From: an uncultured Methanomicrobiales archaeon
Lineage (GTDB): Archaea > Halobacteriota > Methanomicrobia > Methanomicrobiales > Methanospirillaceae
Assembly: GCA_963758915.1 (NCBI GenBank)
Contig: CAVWXH010000015.1
Coordinates: 64,001-128,000, forward strand
Length of the DNA stretch: 64,000 nt
Reading direction: 5' to 3'
Positions 32,756 to 42,585 of this stretch are shown piece by piece. Every line of letters begins with the position of its first letter. Positions within the stretch are counted from its first letter, which is position 1. The position numbers and the translations under genes were made by a program. The notes beneath the pieces were generated by a model. That model had not been told where the DNA came from. It did no database searches and saw nothing but the letters and a program-made list of their open reading frames with translations.

Positions 32756-33421
32756 ATGGCAGATGATCCTTTCAGGGAAGCCGCACTTTCCCACCTGGTT
32801 AGCGTTCTGCTCGATTTTAAGGGCACAAAGATCAGGGAGTACTGCCATTCACAACTTGTTGGCGGGGCAGACCCCTTCACGATTTTCGCTGAACTCCAGG
32901 CCGGCCTTGAAGAGATTGGAAAGGGGTACGAAGACCCCGGGTTCCGGAGATATTTCAATTCCGACCTGATTGTTTCAGGCAGGAACATGAAACGGGCCAT
33001 TGATTTGTTAAAGCCCCTTCTCCCTCCCAAAAGTGACGGAAAAGGGCTTGTAGTGATCGGCACTGTAGCCGGTGATGTCCACGATATTGGAAAGACTATC
33101 TTTGCCGTAACTCTTGAATCGGACGGATTTTTTATCATTGATACCGGGGTCGATGTCCCCTGTGCAACGTTCATTGAGGCTGTGAGGGAGGACAAACCGG
33201 ATATCCTCGCCATGTCATCACTGCTTACCACAACGCTGCCGGCAATGAATGAGGTAATACAGGGACTCGAGGCTGCAGGACTCAGGGACCGTGTTCGTAT
33301 CATCGTCGGGGGACACGCAGTAACCGGGGAGTTTGCACGATCTATTGGTGCTGACGCGTACGGCAGGGACTGTATTGACGGCCTGAGGAAATGCAGGGAG
33401 TTCATGCAGGAAAAGGCATGA
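32756..33421 (+). CDS. Corrinoid (cobalamin-binding) protein, MtaC/MetH B12-binding type
   Basis: N-terminal cap domain, GTVAGDVHDIGK (DxHxxG), SSLLTTT, IIVGG, IGADAY. Confidence 0.9.
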   Translation: MADDPFREAALSHLVSVLLDFKGTKIREYCHSQLVGGADPFTIFAELQAGLEEIGKGYEDPGFRRYFNSDLIVSGRNMKRAIDLLKPLLPPKSDGKGLVVIGTVAGDVHDIGKTIFAVTLESDGFFIIDTGVDVPCATFIEAVREDKPDILAMSSLLTTTLPAMNEVIQGLEAAGLRDRVRIIVGGHAVTGEFARSIGADAYGRDCIDGLRKCREFMQEKA

Positions 33422-34350
33422 GGATCTTTTTTCTCTATTCAGGACCCTTCGGGGAGCAGATTATCAATACGGTCAGCCTCCATGGACTCGGAGACCAGGT
33501 TGTCGGGGCATATGAACTCAGGCCTGAAAATATCCTGGTCGGGGCTGGAGATACAGAGGGGCCGGACAGCATCTTTGAAAATCCGGAGCGTTTTATTCCC
33601 GCTGACTTTCCAGTTACTGAGGCAGACCTGCTGATCGTTCTCGGTATCCACGGACGCTTAAGCGATCTCATCCCCTGCATTGCCAGAAAGACAGGGGTCC
33701 GATCGGTCCTGTACCCTGTCGATGACCGGGACACAATCCCGGAGGCTAAAAAAACGATTATCAATGAGTTGGCTGGAACCGGTGTTCATGTCGAGTTTCC
33801 TGAGCCCTTCTGCAGCCTATCCCGCAGCAGGGACCCTTTGATTGGCGAATTTCTGAAATTTTTTGGCAGGCCATCCCTCCGTGTCTTTACTGATCCTGGA
33901 TCAGGGAAAATCAACCGTCTCGAGGTCCTCCGTGATACGCCCTGTGGCTCGGCATCATGCATCGCGGGAAAACTTACCGGTGCTGACATCATGGACATGG
34001 GTTCCCTCACCAGGATCTGTTATGATGAACAGCATAACGATGAAGCCGAAAACTACTGCCTGGCTGAAATGGACCCCCGTTACCCGTTGATGCAGGAGGC
34101 CGGGGACTTGTTAAAGGATGCATTGTTCGAGTGTTGCGGGCTCCCTTCGACGAAAGACACCATCCTGTCAGTTCTCAAACGATCTGGGGAGACCGGGGTT
34201 GAAGACCTTTCAGGACAGGTTGTCGGACTACCTTCGGGAAAGGAGGCCTCAGGATGCATAACGAGAAGGGCTTTTGATCTTTACCTCAGTGAACTCGAAG
34301 AAGAGCACCGGATTGTGATAACTGCTCAAAACACCGTGAAACTTGCTTAG
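33418..34350 (+). CDS. DUF166 family protein with C-terminal extension
   Basis: EFPEPFCSL, FGRPSLRV, EVLRDTPCGS, HN..NYCLAEM motifs; ATGA overlap with corrinoid gene. Confidence 0.7.
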   Translation: MRIFFLYSGPFGEQIINTVSLHGLGDQVVGAYELRPENILVGAGDTEGPDSIFENPERFIPADFPVTEADLLIVLGIHGRLSDLIPCIARKTGVRSVLYPVDDRDTIPEAKKTIINELAGTGVHVEFPEPFCSLSRSRDPLIGEFLKFFGRPSLRVFTDPGSGKINRLEVLRDTPCGSASCIAGKLTGADIMDMGSLTRICYDEQHNDEAENYCLAEMDPRYPLMQEAGDLLKDALFECCGLPSTKDTILSVLKRSGETGVEDLSGQVVGLPSGKEASGCITRRAFDLYLSELEEEHRIVITAQNTVKLA

Positions 34351-34384
34351 CGTGGTAAATTCCCTTGTATTTATCGTAATTCTT

Positions 34385-34646
34385 GGCTTTGTGGAAACCC
34401 TTTGATAATATAAAAAAAATTAAGAGGGAAATACGAAGACAGGAGGGGATTTCACCCCCTCCCTGCCCCACCCCCATTAAGATATTCTTCGGGCAGGGTT
34501 TCCCGAAGGCTCATTAATTTCAGAGTATTTGGGGATAGTCTCTATCCCAACCAGGGCGCCACAGCGGCGGGGCGGAGCCCCGAGAGCGTAGATAAATTTC
34601 AGGAAAATCAGGATTCTGGGTGCCTATTATAGCTTTTTAACAGAGC
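34385..34646 (-). mobile_element. MITE-like dispersed repeat, copy C (inverted)
   Basis: + strand starts GGCTTTGTGGAAACCC and ends TTTTTAACAGAGC; hairpins GAGGGGATTTCACCCCCTC (34443-34461) and GGGGCGGAGCCCC (34569-34581). Confidence 0.72.
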
Positions 34647-34659
34647 GTTAATTTTTTAA

Positions 34660-36294
34660 TTAAGGGTTTTCAATCGGGCCAAACCTGAGCCCTTCAATAT
34701 ACATATCTTCAAAACCGGGTTCATTTTCAAGGCTGATATGTTCAGTGATCGCCACCATCTTCTCTGCTTCGGACCGCTTCGAACGGGAGAGGAGCATCAT
34801 TGAGGCCCCCTCAATAGCAGCATTTCCAGCCTGTATCACACGATCCCGGGGCAATGATGGGATCATGCCGATCCGTTCTGCTTTTATGGGATCAACTGAG
34901 GTCCCGAATGCCCCGGCCAGGTATACCTTTGAGAGATGATCCGGGGTAATCCCCCACCTTCCAAGAAGTGTCTGTACCCCGGTAAAAATCGCTGCTTTTG
35001 CAAGTTTAATTGCATCAATATCCTCTTCATCCAGAAATATTGCGGACCCTGGTTGCTCATTTCGGTACGCCAGGATAAAACGTTTCCTTCCTCCGGTGAA
35101 CTTTCCTGCCATATCCATGAACCCATGTTCCAGCAGTTCTGAAAGAGTGTCAACAAGTCCTGAACCGCAGATACCGGTAGGCGATGCATTTCCGATCGTC
35201 GTAAAGGACACTGATCCATCGGAGAGGATATGGACCTGCTGGATTGCACCGTTCACTGCGCCAGTCCCGCACTTCACTCCCGATCCTTCAAATGCAGGCC
35301 CCGATGCACAGGAAGTGACAAGGATTTTTTCCCTGTTCCCGATCGCAATCTCGGTATTCGTACCAATATCAATGGCCATGGTAACCTCTTCCCGCTCGTG
35401 CATACCGATAGCAAGGAGGACTGCAAGCATGTCGGCACCAACGAACTGGCCGAGGACTGGTGGTGCATAGAGGTGCCCTGCAGGGTGAATCAGGATTTTT
35501 CTATCACATGCAGGCACCTCGATCGGTCCGGGATGGCATCGATTCATAGGGGGATCGTCCAAGGGATTGGACAGGGAGACCGCAGATCAGGTCCCGCATT
35601 ACGGTATTCCCAACTACGACGATATCAACTATTTCGGCAGGGTTTACGGGCCCTGATGACAGTACGCGTTGTAGTGCCTCTGCAAGCACCTGCTCCATCC
35701 GGGACTGCCCGTCCGGGGAAGTGGTCGCATAACCAACCCTGTCGATGACATTATCCCCGAACCTTCCCTGTGGATTTAATATCGATGCCGTGGCAAGCGG
35801 GGTACTGCTGTGCACCTTCAAGATCATACCACCGGATGACAAGGGTGGTTGTACCGGCATCAAAAGATATCCCTGCGCACCGCCCTGTCGGGGAATCTAT
35901 TATATGTTCATCCCGGACAATCACCCGTTGCCCATTCACTTCCTTCACCGCGATCACCGGGTCTTTCATCAAATTCTGCCCGGATACCCCCGCTAACAAT
36001 CGAAAACGTTCCGGTTTCCCTCATTTCGATAATAATATGCTCTTTTTCGTCGAGTACTATCGCCTGGCAGGCAAGGCGCCCCCCGGTCGTACCAAGCCAT
36101 TTTTTCTCTGATAGTGTTGGTGGCGACAGGGCCTCTGCACCGGACAGGACCCGGACCCGGCAGGTACCACACTCCCCGGTACCTGCACATCCGACACTCA
36201 TATGGGCCCCAAGGTGTTGAAGATGGGACAACAGTGTTTCCCCTTCCCACAGAGGTCCGCTTGTACCTTCAGGCATGACAGTAATACGGCCCAT
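34660..36294 (-). pseudogene. RACo/ASKHA-type ATP-dependent reductive activator of corrinoid proteins, split by three +1 frameshifts (possibly sequencing errors)
   Basis: Four consecutive ORFs join: [2Fe-2S] GCAGTGECGTC..RLAC; FDAGTTT; NPQGRFGDNVIDRV..VGNTVM; FVGAD, DIGTNTEI, SCASGPAFEG, GICGSG, YLAGAFG, GNAAIEG. Confidence 0.85.
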
Positions 36295-36416
36295 TGTATG
36301 TCCTGTACTTCATTCCCGGTACGCCATTAACATTTGGCTGCTCGGGAGGACAAAGAACATACAAATCATCATGTCCGGAGAGCCGTTATATTCCCGGAAC
36401 ACCAAACAGGGTAATA

Positions 36417-37226
36417 ATGATCACCCTCGCAGTTACCGGAAAAGGGGGCGTTGGAAAGACTTCGATCGCCGCCGGACTCGCCAGGACTTTCGCAAGAAAG
36501 GGGATGCGGGTCATCGCACTCGACATGGACCCCTCCCCAAACCTCTGGTACTCGCTCGGTTGTGGTTCGGCAGGGCAACCGGACACGATAACGCCGCTAA
36601 TTTCCCGAAAAGATTTTATCGAAGAGCGGACCGGGGCCCCACCCGGGGCTTCAGGGGTCGTGTTTCGGATAAACCCGAAAGTAAATGACGTTCTCGACAT
36701 GTTCGGGGTTACCTGCAAAGACGGGGTACGCCTTCTCGTCCTCGGGGCAATCAGGACCGGGGGTGGCGGTTGTTACTGCCCGGCAAACACCCTTGCAAAG
36801 AGAGTGGTTTCACACCTATCTGGTGAGGCAGACCTGTTGATGATGGATATGGAGGCGGGAGTGGAGCACCTTGGACGTGGTACGACCAGGTCTGCCCAGG
36901 CCCTCCTGGTAATTGTCGAGCCCGGTGTAAAATCCGTTGAAACCGCATTCCAGATCGCGAAAATGGCACAGGACCTTGGGATTCCACGACTCTTCGGGGT
37001 TATTAACAAATTGAGACCGGGCGACGATCCGGGGCTGATTGCGAAACGGCTGGCTGATGCCGGGGTCACTACAATATTTGCTTTTCCTTACGACCCGGCC
37101 ATGGAGATCGCCGATCGAGCAGGTGTCCCGGTAATTGACCTCCCGGAAGGAGAGAGGATGAAGGCCCATCTGCTTGAACTTGCCCGGGTTATCGAAAAAT
37201 ACATGCTCAATCCGGACCAGGGTTAA
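36417..37226 (+). CDS. cooC: CO dehydrogenase/ACS nickel-insertion ATPase CooC/AcsF
   Basis: GKGGVGKT, DMDPSPNL, GGGCYCP, DMEAGVEHLGRGT; divergent from RACo gene. Confidence 0.9.
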   Translation: MITLAVTGKGGVGKTSIAAGLARTFARKGMRVIALDMDPSPNLWYSLGCGSAGQPDTITPLISRKDFIEERTGAPPGASGVVFRINPKVNDVLDMFGVTCKDGVRLLVLGAIRTGGGGCYCPANTLAKRVVSHLSGEADLLMMDMEAGVEHLGRGTTRSAQALLVIVEPGVKSVETAFQIAKMAQDLGIPRLFGVINKLRPGDDPGLIAKRLADAGVTTIFAFPYDPAMEIADRAGVPVIDLPEGERMKAHLLELARVIEKYMLNPDQG

Positions 37227-37342
37227 CCAGACAACCGCGATGTGGCCGGGGGGTGTTGAAAGGTGCCCGCAGACCTGTTTTCCTTCGATAAATCTGTGAA
37301 CAATAGATATCATTATTGACTGGTGCACGAATTACTCTAACC

Positions 37343-38596
37343 ATGAGGCCGTACCTGATCAATACCCGCTTGCTAACCGCAGTGCTGATTTTTTTCCTAA
37401 TGCTGAGTATATCACCGGTAATGGCAAGTGAGCCGTCAGTAATCATCTCTGAATACCAGGTTGCCCCTTCGGTGCTCTTGCCAGGTGAGCAGGGTATTGT
37501 TTCAGTGACAGTAAAAAATACTGCAGAAAGGGCATCTTTTTCCCAGTCCTATACCAGTGGCACAGCAGGTAGTAATTCCCAGACAACTACAACGGTGGAT
37601 ATTAATGCCCCCATTGACAGCGTTACAATGGTAGGTAATGGTATTGTGGTCGTGGGTGGAGCTTATAACAGGGTTGGTGCGCTCGGGCCCGGGCAATCCA
37701 TACCCCTGACATTCCTCATCAGGGCACCGGACCAACCAGGGGTCTATTTCCCCGAAGTGTGGGTACGTGTATCCGAAGCAACGAGTCTTAAATTTCCAAT
37801 CCCCGTTAATGTAAACAGTGAAGTCCAGATCCAAAAACGGCCCCAGATTACCGTCGAAAAGCAGATGCCGGCGAGTGTTATCCCGGGTAACGATTTCAAC
37901 GCGACGGTGGTACTGACCAATGACGGACAATTGTCGGCAAGTAATATCAAGGTTATCGTCAATTCATCAACCCCCTCAATCACATCAAAGACCCCTGGTA
38001 CCTACCATATTGAAAAACTTGGGCCGGGAGAACAGAAAACATTCAATATGGAATTTTCGTCCGATAAAAAGTCAACACAGGGGATCAACCCGATAAACCT
38101 GGTCATTGACTACCAGAACCCGGACGGTACATTCCAGAGACAGGTGGAGACACTGGGTGTCCGGGTAAGGGGCCAGGCACAGCTGGACATCTCACAGATT
38201 ACCACAGATCCATCGAGAGTCCAGAAAGGAGACCAGTTTACCCTGTTTATCCGGGTTGAAAACACCGGTACTGATGATGCGAAATCCGTCAATGCCAAAA
38301 TTGATATCCCGTTATCCGGTACGAAGGAGGCATTTGTAGGGAAAATTGAGCCAAATAATGATGCAGCAGCCCCCTTCAACCTGAAAGCTGACCAGGCAGG
38401 TAACCTACCCTACACGCTGACTATCCAGTACGAGGATGAGTATGGCCCCCGCCAGGAACAGCAGGACCTTCACCTGAATGTATACGATACGAACAATACG
38501 TCCATGATAATCGGGGTGATTATCTTTCTCATTCTGGCTGGAGGGTTTGCATACTGGTACTTTGTCTTCCGTAAACCAGGAACCGGCAATGTTTGA
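37343..38596 (+). CDS. COG1361 S-layer-domain extracellular protein with C-terminal TM
   Basis: Signal peptide, three beta-sandwich-like repeats (V.N.G..A), C-terminal TM plus RK. Confidence 0.8.
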   Translation: MRPYLINTRLLTAVLIFFLMLSISPVMASEPSVIISEYQVAPSVLLPGEQGIVSVTVKNTAERASFSQSYTSGTAGSNSQTTTTVDINAPIDSVTMVGNGIVVVGGAYNRVGALGPGQSIPLTFLIRAPDQPGVYFPEVWVRVSEATSLKFPIPVNVNSEVQIQKRPQITVEKQMPASVIPGNDFNATVVLTNDGQLSASNIKVIVNSSTPSITSKTPGTYHIEKLGPGEQKTFNMEFSSDKKSTQGINPINLVIDYQNPDGTFQRQVETLGVRVRGQAQLDISQITTDPSRVQKGDQFTLFIRVENTGTDDAKSVNAKIDIPLSGTKEAFVGKIEPNNDAAAPFNLKADQAGNLPYTLTIQYEDEYGPRQEQQDLHLNVYDTNNTSMIIGVIIFLILAGGFAYWYFVFRKPGTGNV

Positions 38597-39791
38597 GGAT
38601 TCAAAGGTCGCCTTCTTCCTCGCTAAGCGATCAATCGTCCGCGGAAACAAGGGAACACTCTACCTGACCATCCTCATTATCGGGATGGTCTTTGTAAACC
38701 TCATCTTCCTGCCATCGATAATTTCTGGTGTGGCAGTGCTGTTTAACCAGCAGTCTATCGATTATAGCTACGGAAACCTTGTGATTGAACCCAAAAAAAA
38801 TCAGGTCTATATTAATAACGTCAATGAACTCCAGAAAAAGATCGAACGGGTTCCCGGAGTCACCGGGGTGTCACCAAGGTATATAACCGGTGCATCTGTG
38901 GTCCATAAGGGAAATGCTGTTAATCCCATAATATATGCTATCAATCCGGATGATGACCGCAAGGTCCTTAAAATCAGTTCGAAGGTTACCAACGGGGAAT
39001 ACTTAAGCAACGCAGATACGGACCAGATCGTGATTGGTTCCCGGCTTGCAGGAAACGACGATGAAAAGCTTGACGTAATCCCGTCCCTTGGTGGTGTGAA
39101 AGTAGGCCAGGCGGTTGACATCACCTTCAATAATGGGGTTTCCCGGCAGTACCGCATCAAAGGAATTATCAATTCGAATTCATTCAGTGCAGATGCTAAT
39201 GTTTTTATGACAACAAAAGAGTATGAGTCGGTCTTCGGGCTTGAGGACAAGGCCAGCCAGATCCTTGTTCGGACGCAGGAGACCGGGAACGAGGAAGATA
39301 TGCGCAATACCTTGTATTCATTTGGAGTACAGGAAAAAATCTGGACCTGGGAAGAGAAATCGGCCAATTTCCTGAACCAGATTATCGGTAGTTTTAATAT
39401 CATCAACTTAATCGGTACAATCGTGAGCCTGATTATTGCAGTGGTAGTCATTTTTATTGTGGTTTTTATCAACACGGTCTACCGGCGGAAGCAGATTGGC
39501 ATCCTGAAAGCGATTGGCATCGACCGATCGATCATTATAAAATCATATATCTTCCAGGCCCTGTTCATTTTTGCAATCGGGACAATAGTCGGGTTTTTCT
39601 TCCTGTTCTTGATACTCCAGTTGCTTGCTGCTAACCCGATTGTGTTCCCCGGGGGACCGGTGGCGCCCGTGGTTGATCCAATGCTGGTTTTCCGTTCGAT
39701 GATAAGCCTCTTCGCCGTATCCCTGATCGCCGGGTACGTCCCTGCCTGGATTACAACAAAAGAGGATATTCTTTCCGCAATACGGGGTTGA
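38589..39791 (+). CDS. ABC transporter permease, MacB/LolE family
   Basis: N-terminal TM, large external domain, RRKQIGILKAIG, three C-terminal TMs, VPAW..EDILSAIR. Confidence 0.9.
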   Translation: MFEDSKVAFFLAKRSIVRGNKGTLYLTILIIGMVFVNLIFLPSIISGVAVLFNQQSIDYSYGNLVIEPKKNQVYINNVNELQKKIERVPGVTGVSPRYITGASVVHKGNAVNPIIYAINPDDDRKVLKISSKVTNGEYLSNADTDQIVIGSRLAGNDDEKLDVIPSLGGVKVGQAVDITFNNGVSRQYRIKGIINSNSFSADANVFMTTKEYESVFGLEDKASQILVRTQETGNEEDMRNTLYSFGVQEKIWTWEEKSANFLNQIIGSFNIINLIGTIVSLIIAVVVIFIVVFINTVYRRKQIGILKAIGIDRSIIIKSYIFQALFIFAIGTIVGFFFLFLILQLLAANPIVFPGGPVAPVVDPMLVFRSMISLFAVSLIAGYVPAWITTKEDILSAIRG

Positions 39792-39792
39792 C

Positions 39793-40494
39793 ATGATCAT
39801 CGGACGTGATATAAAGCGAATTTATGGTATGGGTGCTATACAGGTTCGTGCATTAAACGGTGTTTCTTTAGAGATCCAAAAGGGCGAATTTGTCGGGGTG
39901 ATGGGTTCGAGCGGCAGCGGGAAGTCGACACTACTCCACATGCTGGGTCTCCTCGACCGTCCCACCAGTGGTTTTATCTCAATTGACGGGGTTGATGTCG
40001 GCACCCTTGATGAACGAGGCCGGACATTATTCCGTTTAAAACGCCTCGGTTATGTTTTCCAGGACTATGCGCTTGTTCCCGAACTGACGGCACAGGAAAA
40101 TGTCTATCTTCCGTCAATGGTCCGGGGTATGTCATCGCGTGAATGCACCCTGGTCTGCGCTGAAATACTAAGCCTTGTAGGTCTCGGAGACCGGATTCAT
40201 CACCTGCCTGGTGAAATGTCCGGCGGCGAACAGCAACGCGTTGCGATTGCACGGGCACTGGTAAATAAACCCACGATCCTCCTTGCTGATGAACCCTGCG
40301 CAAACCTTGATTCTCAAAATTCGAGAATTATTCTCGACCTTTTTAAAAAACTGAACAAGAATCTTCACCAGACCATCATCATGGTTTCCCATGAGGAATG
40401 GCATAAAAGCTACTTCGACCGGATTATTTACATGAAAGACGGGGTAATTGAAACGGAAAAAATTGAAAATCAGGCGGGTAATAAAACTCCCTAA
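39793..40494 (+). CDS. ABC transporter ATP-binding protein, LolD family
   Basis: GSSGSGKST, MSGGEQQRV, LADEPCANLD, VSH. Confidence 0.93.
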   Translation: MIIGRDIKRIYGMGAIQVRALNGVSLEIQKGEFVGVMGSSGSGKSTLLHMLGLLDRPTSGFISIDGVDVGTLDERGRTLFRLKRLGYVFQDYALVPELTAQENVYLPSMVRGMSSRECTLVCAEILSLVGLGDRIHHLPGEMSGGEQQRVAIARALVNKPTILLADEPCANLDSQNSRIILDLFKKLNKNLHQTIIMVSHEEWHKSYFDRIIYMKDGVIETEKIENQAGNKTP

Positions 40495-40604
40495 AAACAT
40501 TGGAAAAGCCCCCTTTTTTTATTCGGGCTGATATGAAAAACTCCACGAACCACTTGAAAGATGACCTTTTTCATCCTCATCTATTAACCAAAGGCTCACA
40601 GCAC

Positions 40605-40859
40605 GCTTTGTTGAAAACCTCTCAAATCCATCCTGCAGATATGGATATTTCATGTTTTGTCCCGTTTCCCGGGCTCATGCCCCACCGCTGTGGCGACCCC
40701 GGTCGGTAGAGGGGAGATCAAATCTCTGAACTATCCAGAAGCCTCCAGGGAATCCCACTCATAGATTATCTTTCCAGGTGCTGGGGGGGAGGTAGAGGTG
40801 ATACCACTCCTTTCTCTGTAGCTCCGCTAATTTTACGCACTATAAGATGTCAACAGAAC
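40605..40859 (+). mobile_element. MITE-like dispersed repeat, copy D (most degenerate)
   Basis: Starts GCTTTGTTGAAAACCTCTCAAATCCATCCTG; core GGGCTCATGCCCCACCGCTGTGGCGACCCC; ends GATGTCAACAGAAC. Confidence 0.65.
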
Positions 40860-41003
40860 GAAAATTAATCTTTACAATTCGCGGGTGTCATTAAAAAAGG
40901 ACTTACTACTATTCACTGAGGAAGGGGGGGATTCCGGTAAGGGAAAACCTATCCGGTTAATTTTTTCCAGGATGGTGAGACACCGTCAGGGTGTTGATGT
41001 GGA

Positions 41004-41591
41004 TTAAATACCCAGCCCCTCAATGAACCTGATATGAATCCGGGGGTCGGTACTGAGTTCCGGATGAAATGCAAGGGCATAATGGCGATCTTTGCGAACG
41101 GCCACGATGCCTTTTCCGATTTTCGAAATGATTTCGACTCCTTTTCCACAACTCGTGACAAGTGGAGCCCTGATAAAAATCGCGTGGTACGGGGTATCAA
41201 AGCCATTAATTTCCAGATCTGTCTCAAACGATTCTCTCTGGCGACCAAACGCATTTCTCTCAACCTTCATTTCTATCAGCCCGAGTGTATGTATCCGTGA
41301 ATCGTCAACCTCTGTTGCCATGAGGACCATCCCCGCACAGGTAGCAAAAATACCCCCTTCAAATTCTTCAATCGGTCTCCTCATCTGGTTTTTATCAATC
41401 AGGCGCGAAATGGTGGTCGATTCACCACCAGGAATTGCGAGGCCATCGAGGCTTGAAATTTCATCGGCATGACGTACTGGAATCACCGAGGAGTGTGCCA
41501 AAAGGTCCATGGTCTCCAGTGCGTTCCTGAATGCATCAATATGTTCACTGACAGCCCCCTGGAGAGCAAGCACCCCGATCCTGATTCCCAT
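41004..41591 (-). CDS. pdxT: PLP synthase glutaminase subunit
   Basis: GVLALQG, IPGGESTT, TCAG, RNAFGRQRESFE, FIRAP, FHPEL. Confidence 0.95.
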   Translation of the reverse strand: MGIRIGVLALQGAVSEHIDAFRNALETMDLLAHSSVIPVRHADEISSLDGLAIPGGESTTISRLIDKNQMRRPIEEFEGGIFATCAGMVLMATEVDDSRIHTLGLIEMKVERNAFGRQRESFETDLEINGFDTPYHAIFIRAPLVTSCGKGVEIISKIGKGIVAVRKDRHYALAFHPELSTDPRIHIRFIEGLGI

Positions 41592-41684
41592 CGTGTTCAC
41601 CTTGTTGCCAGTTGCTGGAAAATGGTATATCCCAGATTACCTATCAAAAAAGGAAAAGGCCCTATTAATAAAAAAAATGTCCTG

Positions 41685-42581
41685 TTACCGGCCACGATAC
41701 TGGAGCACCTGGTCTTCCGGTAAGGTATGGATATCAAGGCCCGGCATTGCATCTCCGAGTCCGCGGCTGGCCTTTGCAACCTTCTCCGGGTTATCAAAGT
41801 TGTTGACCGCTTCAACAATCGCCTTAGCCATGACCTTTGGTTGCGAGGACTTGAAGATCCCTGACCCGACAAATACACCGTCTGCACCCAGCTGCATCAT
41901 GAGTGCTGCATCAGATGGTGTGGCAATACCCCCAGCAGAGAAATTCACAACAGGCAGTCTCCCCATCCGCGCACATTCAATTACCAGTTCCGCCGGTGCT
42001 TCAATATCCCGGGCAAAGTCAATCTGTTCCTGGGTGTCCATGCCTTTCAGCATGCGGATCTCTCCCATGATCGCCCGCATATGCCGGACCGCTTCTACGA
42101 TATTCCCGGTTCCTGCTTCCCCTTTAGTCCTTATCATCGCAGCCCCCTCGTTAATTCTTCGCAGGCCTTCCCCGAGGTTCCTTGCCCCGCAGACAAACGG
42201 GACTTTAAATTTTGTCTTATCGATATGGTATTGCTCATCTGCAGGGGTCAGGACCTCGCTTTCGTCTATCATATCAACACCAAGGTACTCAAGGACCTGG
42301 GCCTCAACAAAATGACCAATCCTGACCTTTCCCATAACCGGGATGGAGACAGCGTCAATTATTGACAATACAATCTCCGGGTCTGCCATCCGGGCGACGC
42401 CTCCCGCCTTTCTGATATCGGCAGGTACCCGCTCCAGTGCCATCACTGCGACTGCACCGGTCTCTTCTGCAATCATTGCCTGCTCGGCGTTTACGACATC
42501 CATGATTACTCCCCCCTTCTGCATGGATGCGAAACCCCGTTTCAGCAGTTCGGTGCCGAATCTCAGTTCCTCGAGTTTCAT
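41685..42581 (-). CDS. pdxS: PLP synthase lyase subunit
   Basis: [46 protein letters not shown]. Confidence 0.97.
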   Translation of the reverse strand: MKLEELRFGTELLKRGFASMQKGGVIMDVVNAEQAMIAEETGAVAVMALERVPADIRKAGGVARMADPEIVLSIIDAVSIPVMGKVRIGHFVEAQVLEYLGVDMIDESEVLTPADEQYHIDKTKFKVPFVCGARNLGEGLRRINEGAAMIRTKGEAGTGNIVEAVRHMRAIMGEIRMLKGMDTQEQIDFARDIEAPAELVIECARMGRLPVVNFSAGGIATPSDAALMMQLGADGVFVGSGIFKSSQPKVMAKAIVEAVNNFDNPEKVAKASRGLGDAMPGLDIHTLPEDQVLQYRGR

Positions 42582-42585
42582 ATTC

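Noticed and set aside
32467-33405. 312-aa minus-strand ORF
   Set aside because: Antisense to the well-supported corrinoid protein gene and has no motifs.
34660-36294. Four separate small genes, or Sec/Pyl read-through
   Set aside because: The fragments are consecutive parts of one RACo protein in shifted frames; the breaks are frameshifts, not in-frame UGA/UAG.
41509-42315. 268-aa plus-strand ORF
   Set aside because: Antisense shadow of the highly conserved pdxS.
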